DNA of 64,000 nucleotides from Eledone cirrhosa (GCA_964016885.1 OZ024745.1:104532001-104596000), one strand, 5' to 3'; numbered from the stretch's first letter, positions 24,364 through 38,468 are shown. Translations and numbers: made by a program. The notes: a model not told the origin generated them from the sequence alone.

Positions 24364-24711
24364 TATATATATTTCAAAGATATTAATAAATGGAAACTAG
24401 ATTTATAAAACCATATTTATTCTATTATATATATTTCAAGGGTACCAAAATTTTGGTACGCTCTCATCAGATAAAATACAAAGTTTTTTTTATAAATATT
24501 GACATATCCAGGAATGAGACCTTAACAGTTCAAATTTTACCTGGATAGTCAATATTTATAAAACAATAAATATGGTTTTATAAATATAGTTTCCATTTAT
24601 TAATATCATTGATATTTTACTCCAGAAAACATGCCGAGTGCTTCGAATCTGTTATATTTGTTGAATTACCAATAAATTAAATATCCCTTTGCTTATATAT
24701 TTCAAAGATAT
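24364..24711. mobile_element. Fold-back PLE-like element with hammerhead in one arm
   Basis: Inverted arms (GATATTAATAAATGGAAACTA..TTATAAAACCATATTTATT; TATAAATATTGAC..ATCCAGG), flanked by the direct repeat TATATATTTCAAAGATAT. Confidence 0.75.
24418..24478 (-). ncRNA. Type I hammerhead ribozyme
   Basis: UAUUUUAU-CUGAUGA-[GAGCGUACCAA AAUU UUGGUACCCUU]-GAAA-UAUAUA-UA-AUAGAAUA. Confidence 0.75.
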
Positions 24712-24712
24712 A

Positions 24713-24885
24713 TGAGGGTTGGCTGACAAGTTCATAGGCTGACTATGAAGGAGTGAAGCTAACGCTGTGAAATCTTTGTATACATTAATTTAAACTGTTC
24801 TTATTAATAACTGCATTGTTTCTTTCTAGGGAAAAATAACTTCATGTGGTCATTCTATGAGAGTATCTTGATCAGCCAATCTTCA
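24713..24885. mobile_element. Mariner-derived MITE
   Basis: TA|TGAGGGTTGGCTGACAAGTTC...CAGCCAATCTTCA|TA. Inverted homologue at 55820-55999. Confidence 0.7.
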
Positions 24886-25189
24886 TATGAAGTGACAAGA
24901 AACTTGACAAAATACTGCTTTTGCACAAAAATACTTTGTAGGATTTGTTCCACCCAAGTTGTAGATGTTCCTTATCACTCTTGCCACAAAAAATACAATG
25001 AGACTGTGATTGACTTATTGAAAAGCTGTAACTAATGACACATATGATACAAGGTAATCAATCATCTCTCTTCTTTTCTTTTAATAAGCAATTATCAATT
25101 CTCTTATTTGTAAGTGTCATATGACATGATATAATCCATGAAATAATTAAGAGACTTAAAATGAAGTATTACAGGCTGAAGTATACATC

Positions 25190-25550
25190 CAGTGAAGCCT
25201 CCAGCCCACACTGCAAAGTGATTGTGATGGCGACACGGTAAAAAGCACCTGTAAAGTGGTCGTGTAGGTGTCACAACAAAAACTATCCAGTCCACACTGT
25301 AAAGTGGTCGTGTAGGTGTCATGACAAAAAGCATCCAGTTCACACTGTAAGGTGGTTGTGTAAGTGTCATGACAAAAAGCACCCAATACTCACTGTAAAT
25401 GAGGTTGGCATTAAGAAGAGCATCCAGCTGTAGAAACCGAGCCAGAATCAGCTCTGTATGAGCAAGACATGGTCATCCATTGCTAACAACAGGATAACTC
25501 GTCTAACCCATGCTAGCATGGACATTAAACGATGATGATGGTGATGATGA
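25190..25550 (+). mobile_element. Non-autonomous RTE-tailed short element with ~48-bp tandem units
   Basis: AAAAAGCACC..CACACTGTAAAGTGG units, GGTTGGCATTAAGAAGAGCATCC, AACCCATGCTAGCATGG and (GAT)n tail. Confidence 0.8.
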
Positions 25551-26235
25551 TTGAGGCTGATATGATTAACGAAGCCTTTGAAGGCATGGCTGCTGTCCAA
25601 TAAATGAAACCAGTAAAAGAATAGAGAAAAATATTCATTTATAATTTAGGCACAAGTCCAGCAATATGAGGGCAAGGGGAAAGTCAATTATATGAACTAT
25701 AACACTTGACTGGCATGATATTTTATCCATCCTCAGAGAATGAAAGGCAAAGAAGGCTTCAGCAGAATTTGAACTTAGAATGTAAAGAGCTGCAACTATT
25801 CAACTTATAACTAACTAAAAAAACAAAAATAACAAACTAATAAGTTGTTACTAAAAATATAATTATGTCAGTAAATATCAGCTTTAACATCTCACTGAAA
25901 GCAGAGCTTTATCAGAGTAGCACCAACAAAACTTATCTGCTCTACATAACACAAGCTATGTGTTAGAACAGAAAAGATTAAAACTCAAGAGAAATCTTAA
26001 TAATATGACACCTTAAAATATTTATAAGCAAGAATATGTAATGAAAAACAGAAAAAAAAGATAAAAGATTAAAAAAGAAATTAAAATCAACTTTCTTTGG
26101 TAATCTCAGAATTGACATTAGAATACTCCACAGATTTAGACTCAGCAAGGACATGAACAATTTATCAAGAAATTGATACACACACACATATATATATATG
26201 TATATATATATAAACACACAAACACACACACACAC

Positions 26236-26268
<33 letters not shown>

Positions 26269-26277
26269 AACACACAA

Positions 26278-26344
<67 letters not shown>

Positions 26345-26599
26345 TTAAATTGGCAACAATATTAATTAAAGGTAGATTAGCTATCAAGCAGATAAGAAAA
26401 GAGTTAGAGAAAGTATTATAGTGCAGAACCACAATCATCTGAAAAGGAAGCTACAAATATTTCTACTTCGGAAGTACAATTAGAGTTGGAAATAATATTA
26501 TCAATGAAGAACAAGTTCATATAGTCACATTGTAATTGAGTGTGTGTGTGTGTGTGTATTACACATGCACATACTCTTACATATATGCACACACACACG

Positions 26600-26690
26600 T
26601 GGATTGGCAGTATCGGTAGAGGGTCGGACGCCATGCTTTGACGCATAGAGTTACGGCCCTTGGCCTTGTGCCAAAAGTAGAAACAATTAT
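26600..26690 (+). mobile_element. Internally deleted SINE copy
   Basis: The 5' head is joined directly to the 3' tail GGCCTTGTGCCAAAAGTAGAAACAATT. Confidence 0.8.
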
Positions 26691-27247
26691 ATATATATAT
26701 ATACACACACACATACAGAATACAACCAGGAAGTTCAGAAGAGCACTCATACAATCAGAACATATCTTTGTTTACTCCTCCTTAACCCTCCATACATAAT
26801 GTCTCAGCCAGACATTAAATGCCTCCTCCTGCTTCTTTGCCCACTTATCCCTGGGAGGGTTGTAGAGGCAGAGTCCTCAAGTATGCTTTCCAGCAGGCCT
26901 TGTCAGAAGCAACCATCTCCAAGTGATCTGGCTGGATCTCCAAGCGAAACCAGCCAAGCTTATGGTTGACAAAATAAATACTAGTCTACAAGTAGTGGAT
27001 GGGGTTTATTAAATAGGCTTCACTGTTGAAGGCAGTGTCCCAGCATGGCCTGTCTAATTACTGAAATCAGTAATGGAATAAAAGAAGATAACCAATGAAA
27101 AAAATTTACAAAGCATTTGATATAAATATCATTATCGTTCAATGTCTATCTTCCACGCTAGCATGGGTTAGACGGGTTTGACCCATTAGAGGCAAGTTGG
27201 GTCAAGTGACTGTATCTCGCTCATATATATATAATATATATAAATTT

Positions 27248-27281
<34 letters not shown>

Positions 27282-27282
<1 letters not shown>

Positions 27283-27443
27283 ACGAAGGAAATGTGGTAA
27301 GGAACCAGGTGGACCATAACGCACCAAAGTACTCAATACTTAGGGTAGTAGAGTGGGTAATAGGAACGAGTAGGACCCAGATGGCTGAGCTCAAGCCGTC
27401 GAAACGGCTTCAGCTCAGCCGTCGGGGTCCTACTCGTTCCTAT
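27282..27443. mobile_element. Short PLE-like fold-back element, family C
   Basis: Palindrome 27360-27443 around CGAA, containing GAAACGGCTTCAGCTCAGCCGTCGGGGTC. Lies within (TA)n. Confidence 0.7.
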
Positions 27444-27453
27444 ATATATATAT

Positions 27454-28475
27454 ATATGCTGATAACCTAGCAATTATAGATAAATCTGCAGCTGATTTAG
27501 AGAAGTTCCATACATAGAAATAGAATTTGGCATCAAAAGGTTTCAAAGTAAACTTAGTAAAGACTGAAGTTTTGGTAAATGGGAAAGAAGACAAGATTTT
27601 GCTGCCATCAAGGAAATGCCTGTGCTCAGAATAAAGAAAAAAGTATGGAGAAACTCTATACAGTATACTAAGTGTAAATAATTGTTTCTTCTTTCGGCAC
27701 AAGGCCAGCAATTACCCAGTGTATTACTGGTACTTTATTTTATCGACCCCGTAAGGATGAAAGGCAAAGTTAACCTCGGCGGGATTTGAACTCAGAATGG
27801 CAAGGGCCGTAACTCTATGCGTCAAAGCATGGCATCCGACCCTCTACCGATACTGCCAATTCACGTAAATAATGAGTGCATAAAAGGTATAGGCAAGCTT
27901 ACAGTGTAAAGAGATTTTGTGTAGCTGTTGCACAGGTGTAGATAACAGTAACAATAATGAAATAAACTCTTTCCAAATCAAGGAAGGCTCTATAGCAGTT
28001 TTTAATTTCTGTTAGCTATGTAGAAGAGAACATTGTATGATACTTGTGTACATAGTGCAGAGTTACGTGGCTGTGAGATATGGGCATTAAATGCAGGGGA
28101 GAATATTGAAAGGTTAGAAAGAAACAAATCAAGCCTACTCCATTTGATATGTTATCATGGTGTGCATGAACAATGAAACGCTGAGCACAGATGAGTTGAG
28201 AGAAAAATTGAAATGAGGAATCAGATGTAGTTTGAGAGGAGAGGATTGTGCTCATACAGATACATAATGCATATGGATGATGATCTTTGGGTGAAGTGTC
28301 AGGAGCTCCAAGTGGAAAGAAGATAGGGTTGAAATAGGCTGAGGAAGAGTTGAGCAGAGGTGATGAAAGCTGATCACAGGATGCTGAACCTCACAAAGGA
28401 GATGTCAAAGACAAATGGAGGGATGCTATACAAGAGAGGATTCATCTAACCTATGTGAAAATGATGATGATGATT
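27454..28475 (+). mobile_element. Degenerate RTE 3' half interrupted by a SINE
   Basis: YADNLAII, KVNLVKTEVL and remnants of the Cys-rich insert, ending in (GAT)n. Confidence 0.7.
27678..27864 (-). mobile_element. tRNA-derived SINE with TSD GTAAATAAT
   Basis: Full head-core-tail, with GTAAATAAT on both sides. Confidence 0.9.
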
Positions 28476-29139
28476 ATCCAAGTGATTTGCAGCTAGATCT
28501 TTTAGGTCAGCTCGAATTGCAAGTTCAGTTGTATGATTAGATGTGTATAAATTTTGTGTAATTTCAAAAAGAAAAAAAGAATAAAGAAACTCGAAGAAAA
28601 ATGGTGATCTTTTAAAAATATTTAAAAAATTACTTCAAAATTGGTAAAAAGCAATCTACCAGCTGTCATAATGATAAATCTGTATGCCTGTTGTTAATAA
28701 GATAGTTTTTATATGGTCATACATTTTTTTTTTAATTTGATATATTTTCTTTAAAAATATAAATATGATACAAATATGACTAGGATTTGAGAGAGAGAGC
28801 GAGAGAACCTGAGGTGAATAATGGGGAGGAAAGAGAATAAGCTTTAAATGGACATTCATTTAATCAATCTTATCTTGAAATGAAATGAGAATTATAGGTA
28901 AATAGGCAGTGGACTGGTAGAATCAGTAGAGTGGTGGCCAAAATGCCTTGTAGAATTTATGTACCTTTAAATTCTGAGTTCAAATCCGGTTTTGCCTTCC
29001 ATTGTTCCAGGGTTAATATGATACAGTGTAAGTCATATTATTGATTTAATTAAATATACTCTCCTCCAAAATGTGTGGCATTATGCCAATTTTAGAAATC
29101 AATATAATCAATTATTTTCTTGAAGGCAGTGCCCCAGTA

Positions 29140-29850
29140 TCATCATCATTATCATCATATTACATCCACTTTTCCATGCTTGCATGGGTTGGCTGGGTCT
29201 TTTCCAGCACAGCATTTCTCCACTAATTACTTTCCTTTATCATCTCCTCTGTGAGCTTCAGTGTTTTGAGATCAGCTTTAACCAACTTTGATTTTTTTGG
29301 CCCTTTTTTACCCAATGACAGCACAGTCTCCTCTCTTGCACACAACATCTTATTCCTCTTATACACAACACAGTTTTTCTCTCGACACATCTATACTTTG
29401 TCATTCATGCACATTAGCATTGTACATCCATCAAAAAATACTCATTTTATAGCCTCTGCATTCACTACCCATTCACAATCATGCAACATAGCACACTGTA
29501 TGCAGTATCAAACAGCCAGGCATTCATTTTTAAAGAGAAACTTTTTGTTGTCTTGTCATCAGAGATAGTAACTCCCTGAACTTATTCAAGCTACTCTGCT
29601 CTCAGAACAACCTCTTCCACTGCTAATTAGGTCACTTTGGTTGCAGAAGCTATTAACCACTTCTATGGAGCCTTCCTGGGATTGGAAAAAAATTATTTTG
29701 CTGATGTTCTTTCAACCAACTACTCCTCTATATCTGAAACATTCAAAATTTGTTTTTTCTGTTAGCCTACCTCTGTTGTTGCTCCCATCTAGTGCATCAC
29801 CTTTTCTTTTGTAACAATTAATGAATATACTACTATGCCCAATATGCAAG
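29140..29850 (-). mobile_element. Degenerate RTE 3' fragment
   Basis: (CAT)n tail and similarity to 12230-12950 (CAGCACAGCAT.TCTCCACT, GAAGCTAT..ACCACTTCTAT). Confidence 0.7.
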
Positions 29851-30378
29851 AAAGGAGTAGAAACTGAACCTTACAAAGGAGAGGGTAAAGGATCATGACA
29901 AATAGTAAAGTACTGGAAAAGACCTTCACAAGCTATGTAAGTATGACAGGATATGATCTAAAAGAGATTTGGCTACTATTTCTAACAGAGCGAAAGACCT
30001 TTTAGAGGTTCCCTCATTGGCTCAAGTATGATTTACTATACTTACTTAACAGGTTGTTTGCTCATATTTTGTCAAGTTACAGGTTAGCCTTCAACTAAAA
30101 GGTTAAAACATATCAGGGAGTTATCTAGATTAATATCAAGGAAAGGTTTTATGTGAACTTACCATGAATAATAAACTGTTATTTATTTATTCAATTTAAA
30201 CGTCTGTATGGAGCTAATAAACCATGACAGACTAGGTGAAGTATTGAGTACTCCTTACAGTTAGTAATCAAAAAGAGCTAGTGAGACAAGTAATTAAAAA
30301 AATTAAAAAGGGGGAAAAAATAAAATGAAAAAAAAAAAAAGAAATTTCAAATATTGAAGGCCAATGGAAGATTATGCA

Positions 30379-30412
<34 letters not shown>

Positions 30413-31541
30413 AAAATAGGAAATAAGGGAAGCTGTAAAACAGCTAGAAGTTTCTGTTGTTGAATCTTTACAATGCAAAGTATTTTTGCAAATAAAGAAG
30501 CATCTAAATTTCCTTAACTGTTCTTTCAAATACAATTCTATCTCAAGAATACCAATCATAAGAAAGTGATTACATCATGGCTTGAGTTAATATCCATCAT
30601 CTTGGGTCTGGCTGGACTATGTGTGATCTGCCACATGTCACACTAAACACAACACCACAGTCATTTCATATGTCTCTGTTTGGCTGTGGTTCTTTTAAAA
30701 GATGGCAATAAAAGAATATGAAAATAATTTTTAATTAACATTTTGATGTTCATTGCAACAAATATGTAAACACTAACTTAATTGTTTTCCATGAAAATAG
30801 TAATTCATTTTTAACACACTTGCGATTTATTTTTAACAAACTCACACAAATATATTTGGTATTTCTAAGTACAAAAGTTAGAGAGAGACCCATGTTAGTA
30901 AGTTTAATAGGTAGATAGCATATATTTTATTATTATTTGGCCCTTACAAAGAATACCTTTGTTTCTTTCACAAATATACATACACATATATAAATACACA
31001 CACACATATATATCATCATCATCGTTTAACGTCTATCTTCCACACATTATTTATGTTCTGCTTTCACTAATATAACTGCCAATCTAATCAGTCTCCTATA
31101 TGAGCTGCTTAAACTCAAGTGGATCTTTTCAATTCTTTCAAGATGAAGGCAATATTTTAGTTAGCCATCATGTTGAATTAAGAGAAATTGGCTTGGGTTT
31201 TTTTTTTTCCGATAATGATAGTCAGTAACAAGTAGTGATATCACAGCACATAAGAAAACTGACTCAAGTAGAGAAGAATTCATTAGAATTCTCATTTTCA
31301 TACACCCACACACAAACATACATGCACACACAGTGCTGTTTTGTACTTTACAAAGATTGTCTTGTTAATTTGGCTTCATGTTAACTGTTAATAGGATGTT
31401 AATAGTTAAAGAATTCATGGTTATCACTTGCTGAGTGAATATTACTGCATTCTAGATCCTTGACATTCTGGGTCTATATTTCACTGCTGGTATTGCATTG
31501 GGTCCTAGAACAAGGAATATGTTTAACTGGTTGTTGTTTAA

Positions 31542-31761
31542 CCCTTTAGCATTCACATTACTCTATATGTACTATTATATTTTCATGGTAAAGGCTTTAT
31601 CTTACATAATTATCTCACATAATGTTGAATCTACGAGATTTTGATATTATTTATTTTTAGAACAATACCCTAACATCAGTATGAGCTCTGGTTACAGCCG
31701 GTTTGAACAGAAAGAGGTGGGGGAATTCTGACTGGATATGGCCGGTTTAAATGATAAAGGG
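31542..31761. mobile_element. piggyBac-type MITE
   Basis: TTAA|CCCTTTAGCATT...AATGATAAAGGG|TTAA. Confidence 0.85.
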
Positions 31762-32084
31762 TTAATGCCAGGTCAGCATTGATGTTACCGAGCTATGATA
31801 AAAGGTATTAATTACACCCATTACCATACCATCAAATATGTCTTATTTGTGAAGGTTAGGAAGTAATGAAGCAAGCATGTGTAATGTTAATGTTTATAAA
31901 TAATGGAGTGCAGATGAACTAAGAAAAAAAAAAGGTATTAGGATGTCAGGGACATTTGGCTGCTATTTCTAGCAAAATGAGTGTCCATGTAGAGGTTCTC
32001 TCATTGGCTTCATAATCAGTTGGTACTTATTTTAAAGGAAGAATGAAAAACAATAGCAATTGCCAGAGTTGTGGTCATCTAGTC

Positions 32085-32331
32085 TAGTGCTTCCCAAACT
32101 TATTTTGTAAGAGAACCCTTATATGGCTTTTCAAAACTCACATGATTCATACCTATATTTTTAGATAATTTCCATGGCCCTAATTTTAAGAAAATATTAA
32201 ATGAAACAAGATTGTCTGAGAAAAAGAATGTAATTATATTTGTAAAAAAATACATGTAATAAATTCTTAAAAAGCATTTTATCTCACTGGACAGCTGAAT
32301 GCTTTGGCAGAATCCACTTTGGGAAACACTG
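32085..32331. mobile_element. hAT/Charlie-type MITE
   Basis: TAGTGCTTCCCAAA...TTTGGGAAACACTG termini with ATCTAGTC/ATCTAATC 8-bp flanks. Confidence 0.65.
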
Positions 32332-32342
32332 ATCTAATCTCA

Positions 32343-32488
32343 TAATTGTTTCTACTTTAGGCACAAGGGCAGCAATTATCCAGTGCATTACTGGTACTTT
32401 ATTTTATCGACCCCGTAAGGATGAAAGGCAAAGTCAACCTCGGCGGGATTTGAACTCAGAATGGCAAGGGCCGTAACTCTATGCGTCA
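32343..32488 (-). mobile_element. 5'-truncated SINE
   Basis: Same family as 3082. Confidence 0.85.
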
Positions 32489-32884
32489 TAATGTTCTCTG
32501 GTCATTAGTCTATTCCCTCTCTTATGAACAATCACTGACTCATCTAATTCTTCTCCATCTTTCTTAGTTAATTGCAACTTTATCACCAGTTTTTGAATTT
32601 ATGCAAAAATATTACAAGAATGACAGTTAATGACCAGATATCCATGGCCTAGAAGACATCACGTGTCATAGCATTCATTATGATAATACAGACACATACC
32701 ACCTATCTGCTTAGATGATTCATTTATACATAAATTCAGTTGTGTTTCTAAGATTAGTAACTACTAGCAATTTATTGCAATCTTTCATTCCAGTTTTCTT
32801 TGCCTGCTGAAGTTAAACAGATATTAAACACAAACTATATAATATCTTTATAATTGTTTAAATATTTTCTCCTATACTGTACAT

Positions 32885-33250
32885 CTGAGATTCTCAAAGT
32901 GGGCACTATGCCCCCCCCCCCCCCCCCCCAGGTGGAGGTAGTTGAAAAGGTCCAGTGGGGTGTTGGAGCCTAAGAGGGCAGTGTGTGGGGGGGGGGGGGG
33001 CAGTAGAGATGATATAATAGTATATTAAATATCAAATGATACATATTCATATTATATATAAATATGGTAAAAGAAAAAAAAATATTTATTTACACATATT
33101 ATTTATACATATATTATTCATCATATATCAATTAACGATTTTATTTATTATATATTATTTACAATTTGCATGTAGACAGGTCTCTCTGGAAAAAGGGTTG
33201 GGGGGCGCTGAGGGTATTACGTGGCTGTGAGGGGGGGTTGAGAACCTCTG
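32885..33250. mobile_element. hAT/Charlie-type MITE
   Basis: CTGAGATTCTCAAA...GTTGAGAACCTCTG with a perfect 8-bp TSD CTGTACAT. Confidence 0.8.
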
Positions 33251-34287
33251 CTGTACATGCTCACAGAACTTCTCTTTATCAATGTCTTATCATTTAAATT
33301 TAACATCCACACTACAATTGGGTAATAAAGATGATGTTTTACTCAACACATGGTTCCTTCTGTACAGCTGGTTGAACCAACCCCAGTAACTAAACAGTAT
33401 GGCTAATAAAAGTTGCTATTTTGAAGAAATATGCTTGAAAGATTAGTTTAAACAATGAAATCTTTAAATAAAAATAAAAAAAGGAGAAAAAAACATTATA
33501 AAATGATAAATATTCTCTGACATAATACCATTATATCTATACATATACCTTTTTTGCTGTCCCTACTCATGTATCTGATTCACATAAAAATATCTCATGC
33601 ACACAATCTACTGATACATACAAAATGTTCATGTTTGAGAAACATAGATATCTGCTTTTTCTTGTTGTAGTTTCATGGCAACAAGGTGAAAATACACAAA
33701 AATGAAAGAATGACAGAAGAAAATACATGATTTAAATTCTATTTTAGCCTGTGAGATATCAATAACAATGCAGGAATGCTTTATTTTATTCCTCTTTATT
33801 ATCGATAACCTTGTCAACATTTATTTTATTTTAGTCCCCACAACTGCCATACACACACTAACTAGTAATAGCAGTAGTAGTTTATGTTAATAAAAACATG
33901 TCAGTTCTACTTTATTTCAGTTCTCTCTAGTATATGGGTGATAAAAATATCATGTACTTCCATTCTACTTAAACACATCCCCAGAAATAGCAATAAAGAT
34001 AACATATTATTCAATTTTATTTAATTTCTCTACACCAGGATATAGTGATAAAGACAACCTGTTGCTTCCTTCAAGTCTCTCCTATTGTAGAATATGGTGA
34101 TTAAGTTATCAGGCCAGGTTCAATGTATTTCAGTCTACATTAATAAAGGTACTGTGGGTTCCTTAACCAGAAATATATTATGACTGAAAGTGATTATCTT
34201 AACTATAATAAAGGAAGGTCTGTGGGATTGCGTCCAGAATATATTTTTTTACCCCGTTTGTAAAATAAGTTGGATTACTTTGAATAA

Positions 34288-34474
34288 ATAATTGTTTCTA
34301 CTTTTGGCACAAGGCCAGAAATTATCCTAGTGCATTACTGGTACTTTATTTTATCGACCCCGTAAGGATGAAAGGCAAAGTTAACCTAAGCGGGATTTGA
34401 ACTCAGAATGGCAAGGGCTGTAACTCTATGCATCAAAGCATGGCGTCCAACCCTCTACCGATACTGCCAATTCA
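34288..34474 (-). mobile_element. tRNA-derived SINE
   Basis: Same family as 3082. Confidence 0.9.
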
Positions 34475-34952
34475 ATGAATGAATATTACATAATTTATGT
34501 GCTAAATTTTGTGGCTGTTGATTAAATATATGTTATAGCTTAATCTTTAAAATTCACTTCTTTAAAATTATCACAATACTAGACCTGTCTGTCCATACTC
34601 CCCACCCCTCTGGTCTTTCAACCTAGCACCACCACCACCACCACTACCATACCATCACGAGTTCATTAGCATAAGCAGAGAGAGAAAGAAGGGAAACAAA
34701 TGACAAGAATCATGCCATACTGCCATGAACATATACTTTATTCTATCACTCATCAACCCAAAATAAATGAAATGCAAAGTTAATTTTGGTGTGATTTGAA
34801 CACAGAGCACAGAGAACCAGAACAAATACAATGAGATATTCTATCCGACACTCTGACTACTAATTTGCTACCTCTGATTATATAAGTATCAGTAAATTAT
34901 TTTCAAAATGAAACACAAATGCTTTTTCCAACGTTGATATATATATATATAT

Positions 34953-35348
34953 ATATTAAAATATAAGTATTAATAAAATAGATGTTCTTTTCATCAATTA
35001 CATTTTATTATTCATATTTCGGATGTACAACAGTACGTCCTCATCAGACAAAATATGATATATGACATACCCTGAGATGTTAAATGGTTAAGATTTAATC
35101 AAGGTAGTAATCTTAACCATTTAACATCTCAGGGTATGTCATGTATCATTATATTTTGATGAGGACGCACTGTTGTACATCCGAAATATGTATAATAAAA
35201 TGTAATTGATCAAAAGAACATCTATTTTATTAATACTTATATTTTAATATTAATAACTCCTGAAAATTATTTTTCCGTTGAGTGCTTCCAATCTACTGTA
35301 AAACTCATTCTTTGACATAATCATCGAATATTGTTTAACAACTTAATA

Positions 35349-35352
<4 letters not shown>
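34953..35352. mobile_element. Fold-back PLE-like element with hammerheads
   Basis: ~140-bp inverted arms (34953-35095, 35109-35250) with a short loop. The long arm continues to (TA)n at ~35352. Confidence 0.85.
35002..35054 (-). ncRNA. Type I hammerhead ribozyme
   Basis: AUUUUGU-CUGAUGA-[GGACGUAC UGUU GUACAUCC]-GAAA-UAUGAA-UA-AUAAAAU. The mirror copy at ~35151-35201 has a mutated core (TTGATGA). Confidence 0.75.
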
Positions 35353-35382
<30 letters not shown>

Positions 35383-35416
35383 TGATGATGATGATGATGA
35401 TATATATATATATATA

Positions 35417-35602
35417 TAATTGTTTCTATTTTAGGCACAAGGCCAGCAATTACCCAGTACATTACTGGTACTTTATTTTATCGACCCCGTAAGGATGAAA
35501 GGCAAAGTTAACCTCGGCAGGATTTGAACTCAGATCATAAAGGGACGTAACTATGCTGGAAAGCATGTCTGACCCTCTACCGATACTGCCAATTCACCGT
35601 CC
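35417..35602 (-). mobile_element. tRNA-derived SINE
   Basis: Same family as 3082, inserted in (TA)n. Confidence 0.9.
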
Positions 35603-37803
35603 TATATATATATATATAATAACATGAAACTATATATATATATATATATAATAAAATGAAACTATATATATATATATATATAATAAAATGAAACTACAAA
35701 GAAACAGAAAGCAAATTAAATGATCAATTGATTAACTAAAGAAAGCACTATAAAAATTCTGAAGAAAAAATAAATGCATTCAGCTAAAAGAATAAGTTAT
35801 TAGATTACACATTACATTTGGTTTTATTAATAATATACATATATTTTCTGCGAACATGAAATAGCAGTTAATGGTGAGTGAAGCTGAAGACAAAAACTTG
35901 CTAGTTTAATTTTTTGTTATTTTTTAAAGGATATATATACTATAAAGAGAACTAGCCACTGAGTGTGATCAATTGTTTAATGGAGGAGGTGGTCGTAGTG
36001 GGTTTTGTGTACCTGAAGCTAAACACTGCAGTATCTAGCTTAGGAAACATTTAGAGATTAGTTTAAGTACTCAATAACATGCATCAAACAGGAATGTCCA
36101 GTAACATTGTTTTCTTATTGAACACTATTGAAGGAAATAATTGTTTCTGATATAGGTACAAGGCCAACAATTTTGAGGGAGGGAAAAGCCGATTAAATCG
36201 ACCCCAGAGTAATATTGGTACTTTATTATATCGACCCTGCAAGGATGAAAGGCAATATGAAAGAAAATAATAATACTTTTTCTTAATTGAAGACTGGAAT
36301 GTATTAAAGACAGTGCCTCTACTAACAAAGAGGGACCAACTTCTTGAGTGGCTTTCATGGAATCAGTAGTACCTTGTGACTTGATTTCTACTGGGTTGGA
36401 CTTTACAGGATTCAATAAAATAATTATCAATTAAGTAATAGGGGAAATATAATCAACTGTTTCCTCCACACAGAATTTGTGGCCTCACAACTACCTATAT
36501 TAGAAATTGATATATTAATGCATTCAAAGATGCTTATTGTATTTCTAGTTCTGTTCCATTATACAACAAAATGGATAGATAAAACCATAGTTTAACCTTT
36601 GCCAAAGTAGGTGGTAACTTATTTGGTCAAATTATACCACCATCCTTAACTAATAGTTAATACACAAAGATGTCAGCTCATCATCATTTCACATTTTCCT
36701 TGCTAGCAAGAATTGGACAGGTCATCACAGACCATGTCAACACTTAATCAGAAGTACTGACTTCTTGGACAGGCCATGGGTTGCATCTCACATATGTACC
36801 CATACTGTACAGGGTGCACCAGGTGGATTGTATCACAGCACCAGCATTAGGGAGGTTGTCATATCTTTGACACAACTGAAAAATCTCTCAACTCTTTTCC
36901 AAGTCTTTTTTACAAGATGCCCTTCCTATAAAAACCATTGTTGTCTCCAAGTCTCCAACTTGGAGACAACATCTATGTACATATATTATAAATGCTCAAA
37001 TATAAGCTGACCCCACTATTTTGTCTCAGAAATGGGCAAAAATCTAAACCTTATTTATGTAGAATTTGAAGTTGGTAAAAATTATCAAAATATTGGCCCT
37101 GAATATAAGCCGATTCCACCTTCTCCCAATGATTTTTTGGTTACATACTCCTTGGCTTATATTCGAGTATATACAATATGTTTATTTGTGGGTGATATGT
37201 TAATTAGCATCTTAATATATGTTCAGGTTATGAGAGATATGAGGCGTGAAGATTTTAGGAGCAGGTAATGAGGCAGAAGTTATGTTAGTTCTTTGCTCCT
37301 GTTTCCTTCAGCTTCTATTTTACTCTATTACAATGTTACTTCCATTAGGTAACGTAAGCCTGTCTTTTGGCTTGAGGCAGTGTAGCTGTTGGATGGAAGC
37401 TGGACATAGTCCTGGGTTCAGGTATTATTTTTTTATATTTATTTTGAATTCAATTTTGTTCAATCTAGTTTCCAAGTCTAATTTAATTATAAAGTCTAAA
37501 TTTGTAATTCTTGGGTTGAATGGTGAATTTTAACATGGATTGGCCAGCGCTTCATCTACTTTGTTTATTTTACTGCTAATTCTGAATTTAATGGCTTATT
37601 CTAAATTTTCTTTTTCTTTACTAGTTTATGGAGTAATTAATATACATTTAGGTGATTTTTAGCTTTAATTTCTTGAATGGGAGCTCCATGTGCTGATGGG
37701 ATCTAAGTATTAATTTTTAATATTATTTTAAATTCTATTTTGTACAATTTGGTTTCTAGTTCTAATTTAGTTGTTAAATCGAATTTTTAAATTCTTAAAT
37801 TAA

Positions 37804-37968
37804 CCCTTTAGCATTTAAACCAGCTGCTCATACTTATGTTAAGGTATTGTTTTCAAAATAAATAGCATCAAAATCTCATAGATTTTGATATGTAAGATAA
37901 TTATGAGAGATAAAGCCTTTACTGTGAAAATACAATAATAAATATAGAGTAATGTAAATGCTAAAGGG
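37804..37968. mobile_element. piggyBac-type MITE (internally deleted)
   Basis: TTAA|CCCTTTAGCATTTA...TAAATGCTAAAGGG|TTAA. Confidence 0.85.
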
Positions 37969-38246
37969 TTAAATGGTGAATTCAATGTTAACGTGTATTG
38001 AGCAGTGTTTTCTGGATTCTAGTAATGGATGGTGTCTAGTTATGAATTTAATGGTCAAGTCTATATTTTGTTCTTTTTATTGATTTATGGAGTGATTATT
38101 TCAGGTTTTGGTTAATTTCTAGTTTTATTTTCTTTATGTATAGTGGATTGATTGAATCAGTATTGTATGAGTATTGTATGGGTTGCATGGGTGACAAACC
38201 ACCAAGTTTGATAGTTGTGAGTTTATTGTTTGGTTGTTGTGATTAA

Positions 38247-38468
38247 CCCTTCAACATTTAAACCGGCCATACCCAGCCAGAATTCTCTCGTCCCTTTCCT
38301 GTTCAAACTAGCTGTAACTGGCCGCTCATACTGATGTTAAGTTATTGTTCTTCAAATAAATAATATCTAAATCTCATAGATTCGATATTATGTGAGATAA
38401 TTATGTGAAGTAAAGCCTTTACCATGAAAATATAATAGTAAATATGGAATAATGTAAATGCTAAAGGG
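38247..38468. mobile_element. piggyBac-type MITE
   Basis: Same termini and TTAA TSD. Confidence 0.85.

Noticed and set aside
30572-30690. Possible minus-strand exon (AG...ATGATGGATATTAACTCAAGCCATGAT|GTAATC)
   Set aside because: There are stops in all three frames upstream, the donor is weak and no protein is recognisable. Unsupported without RNA data.
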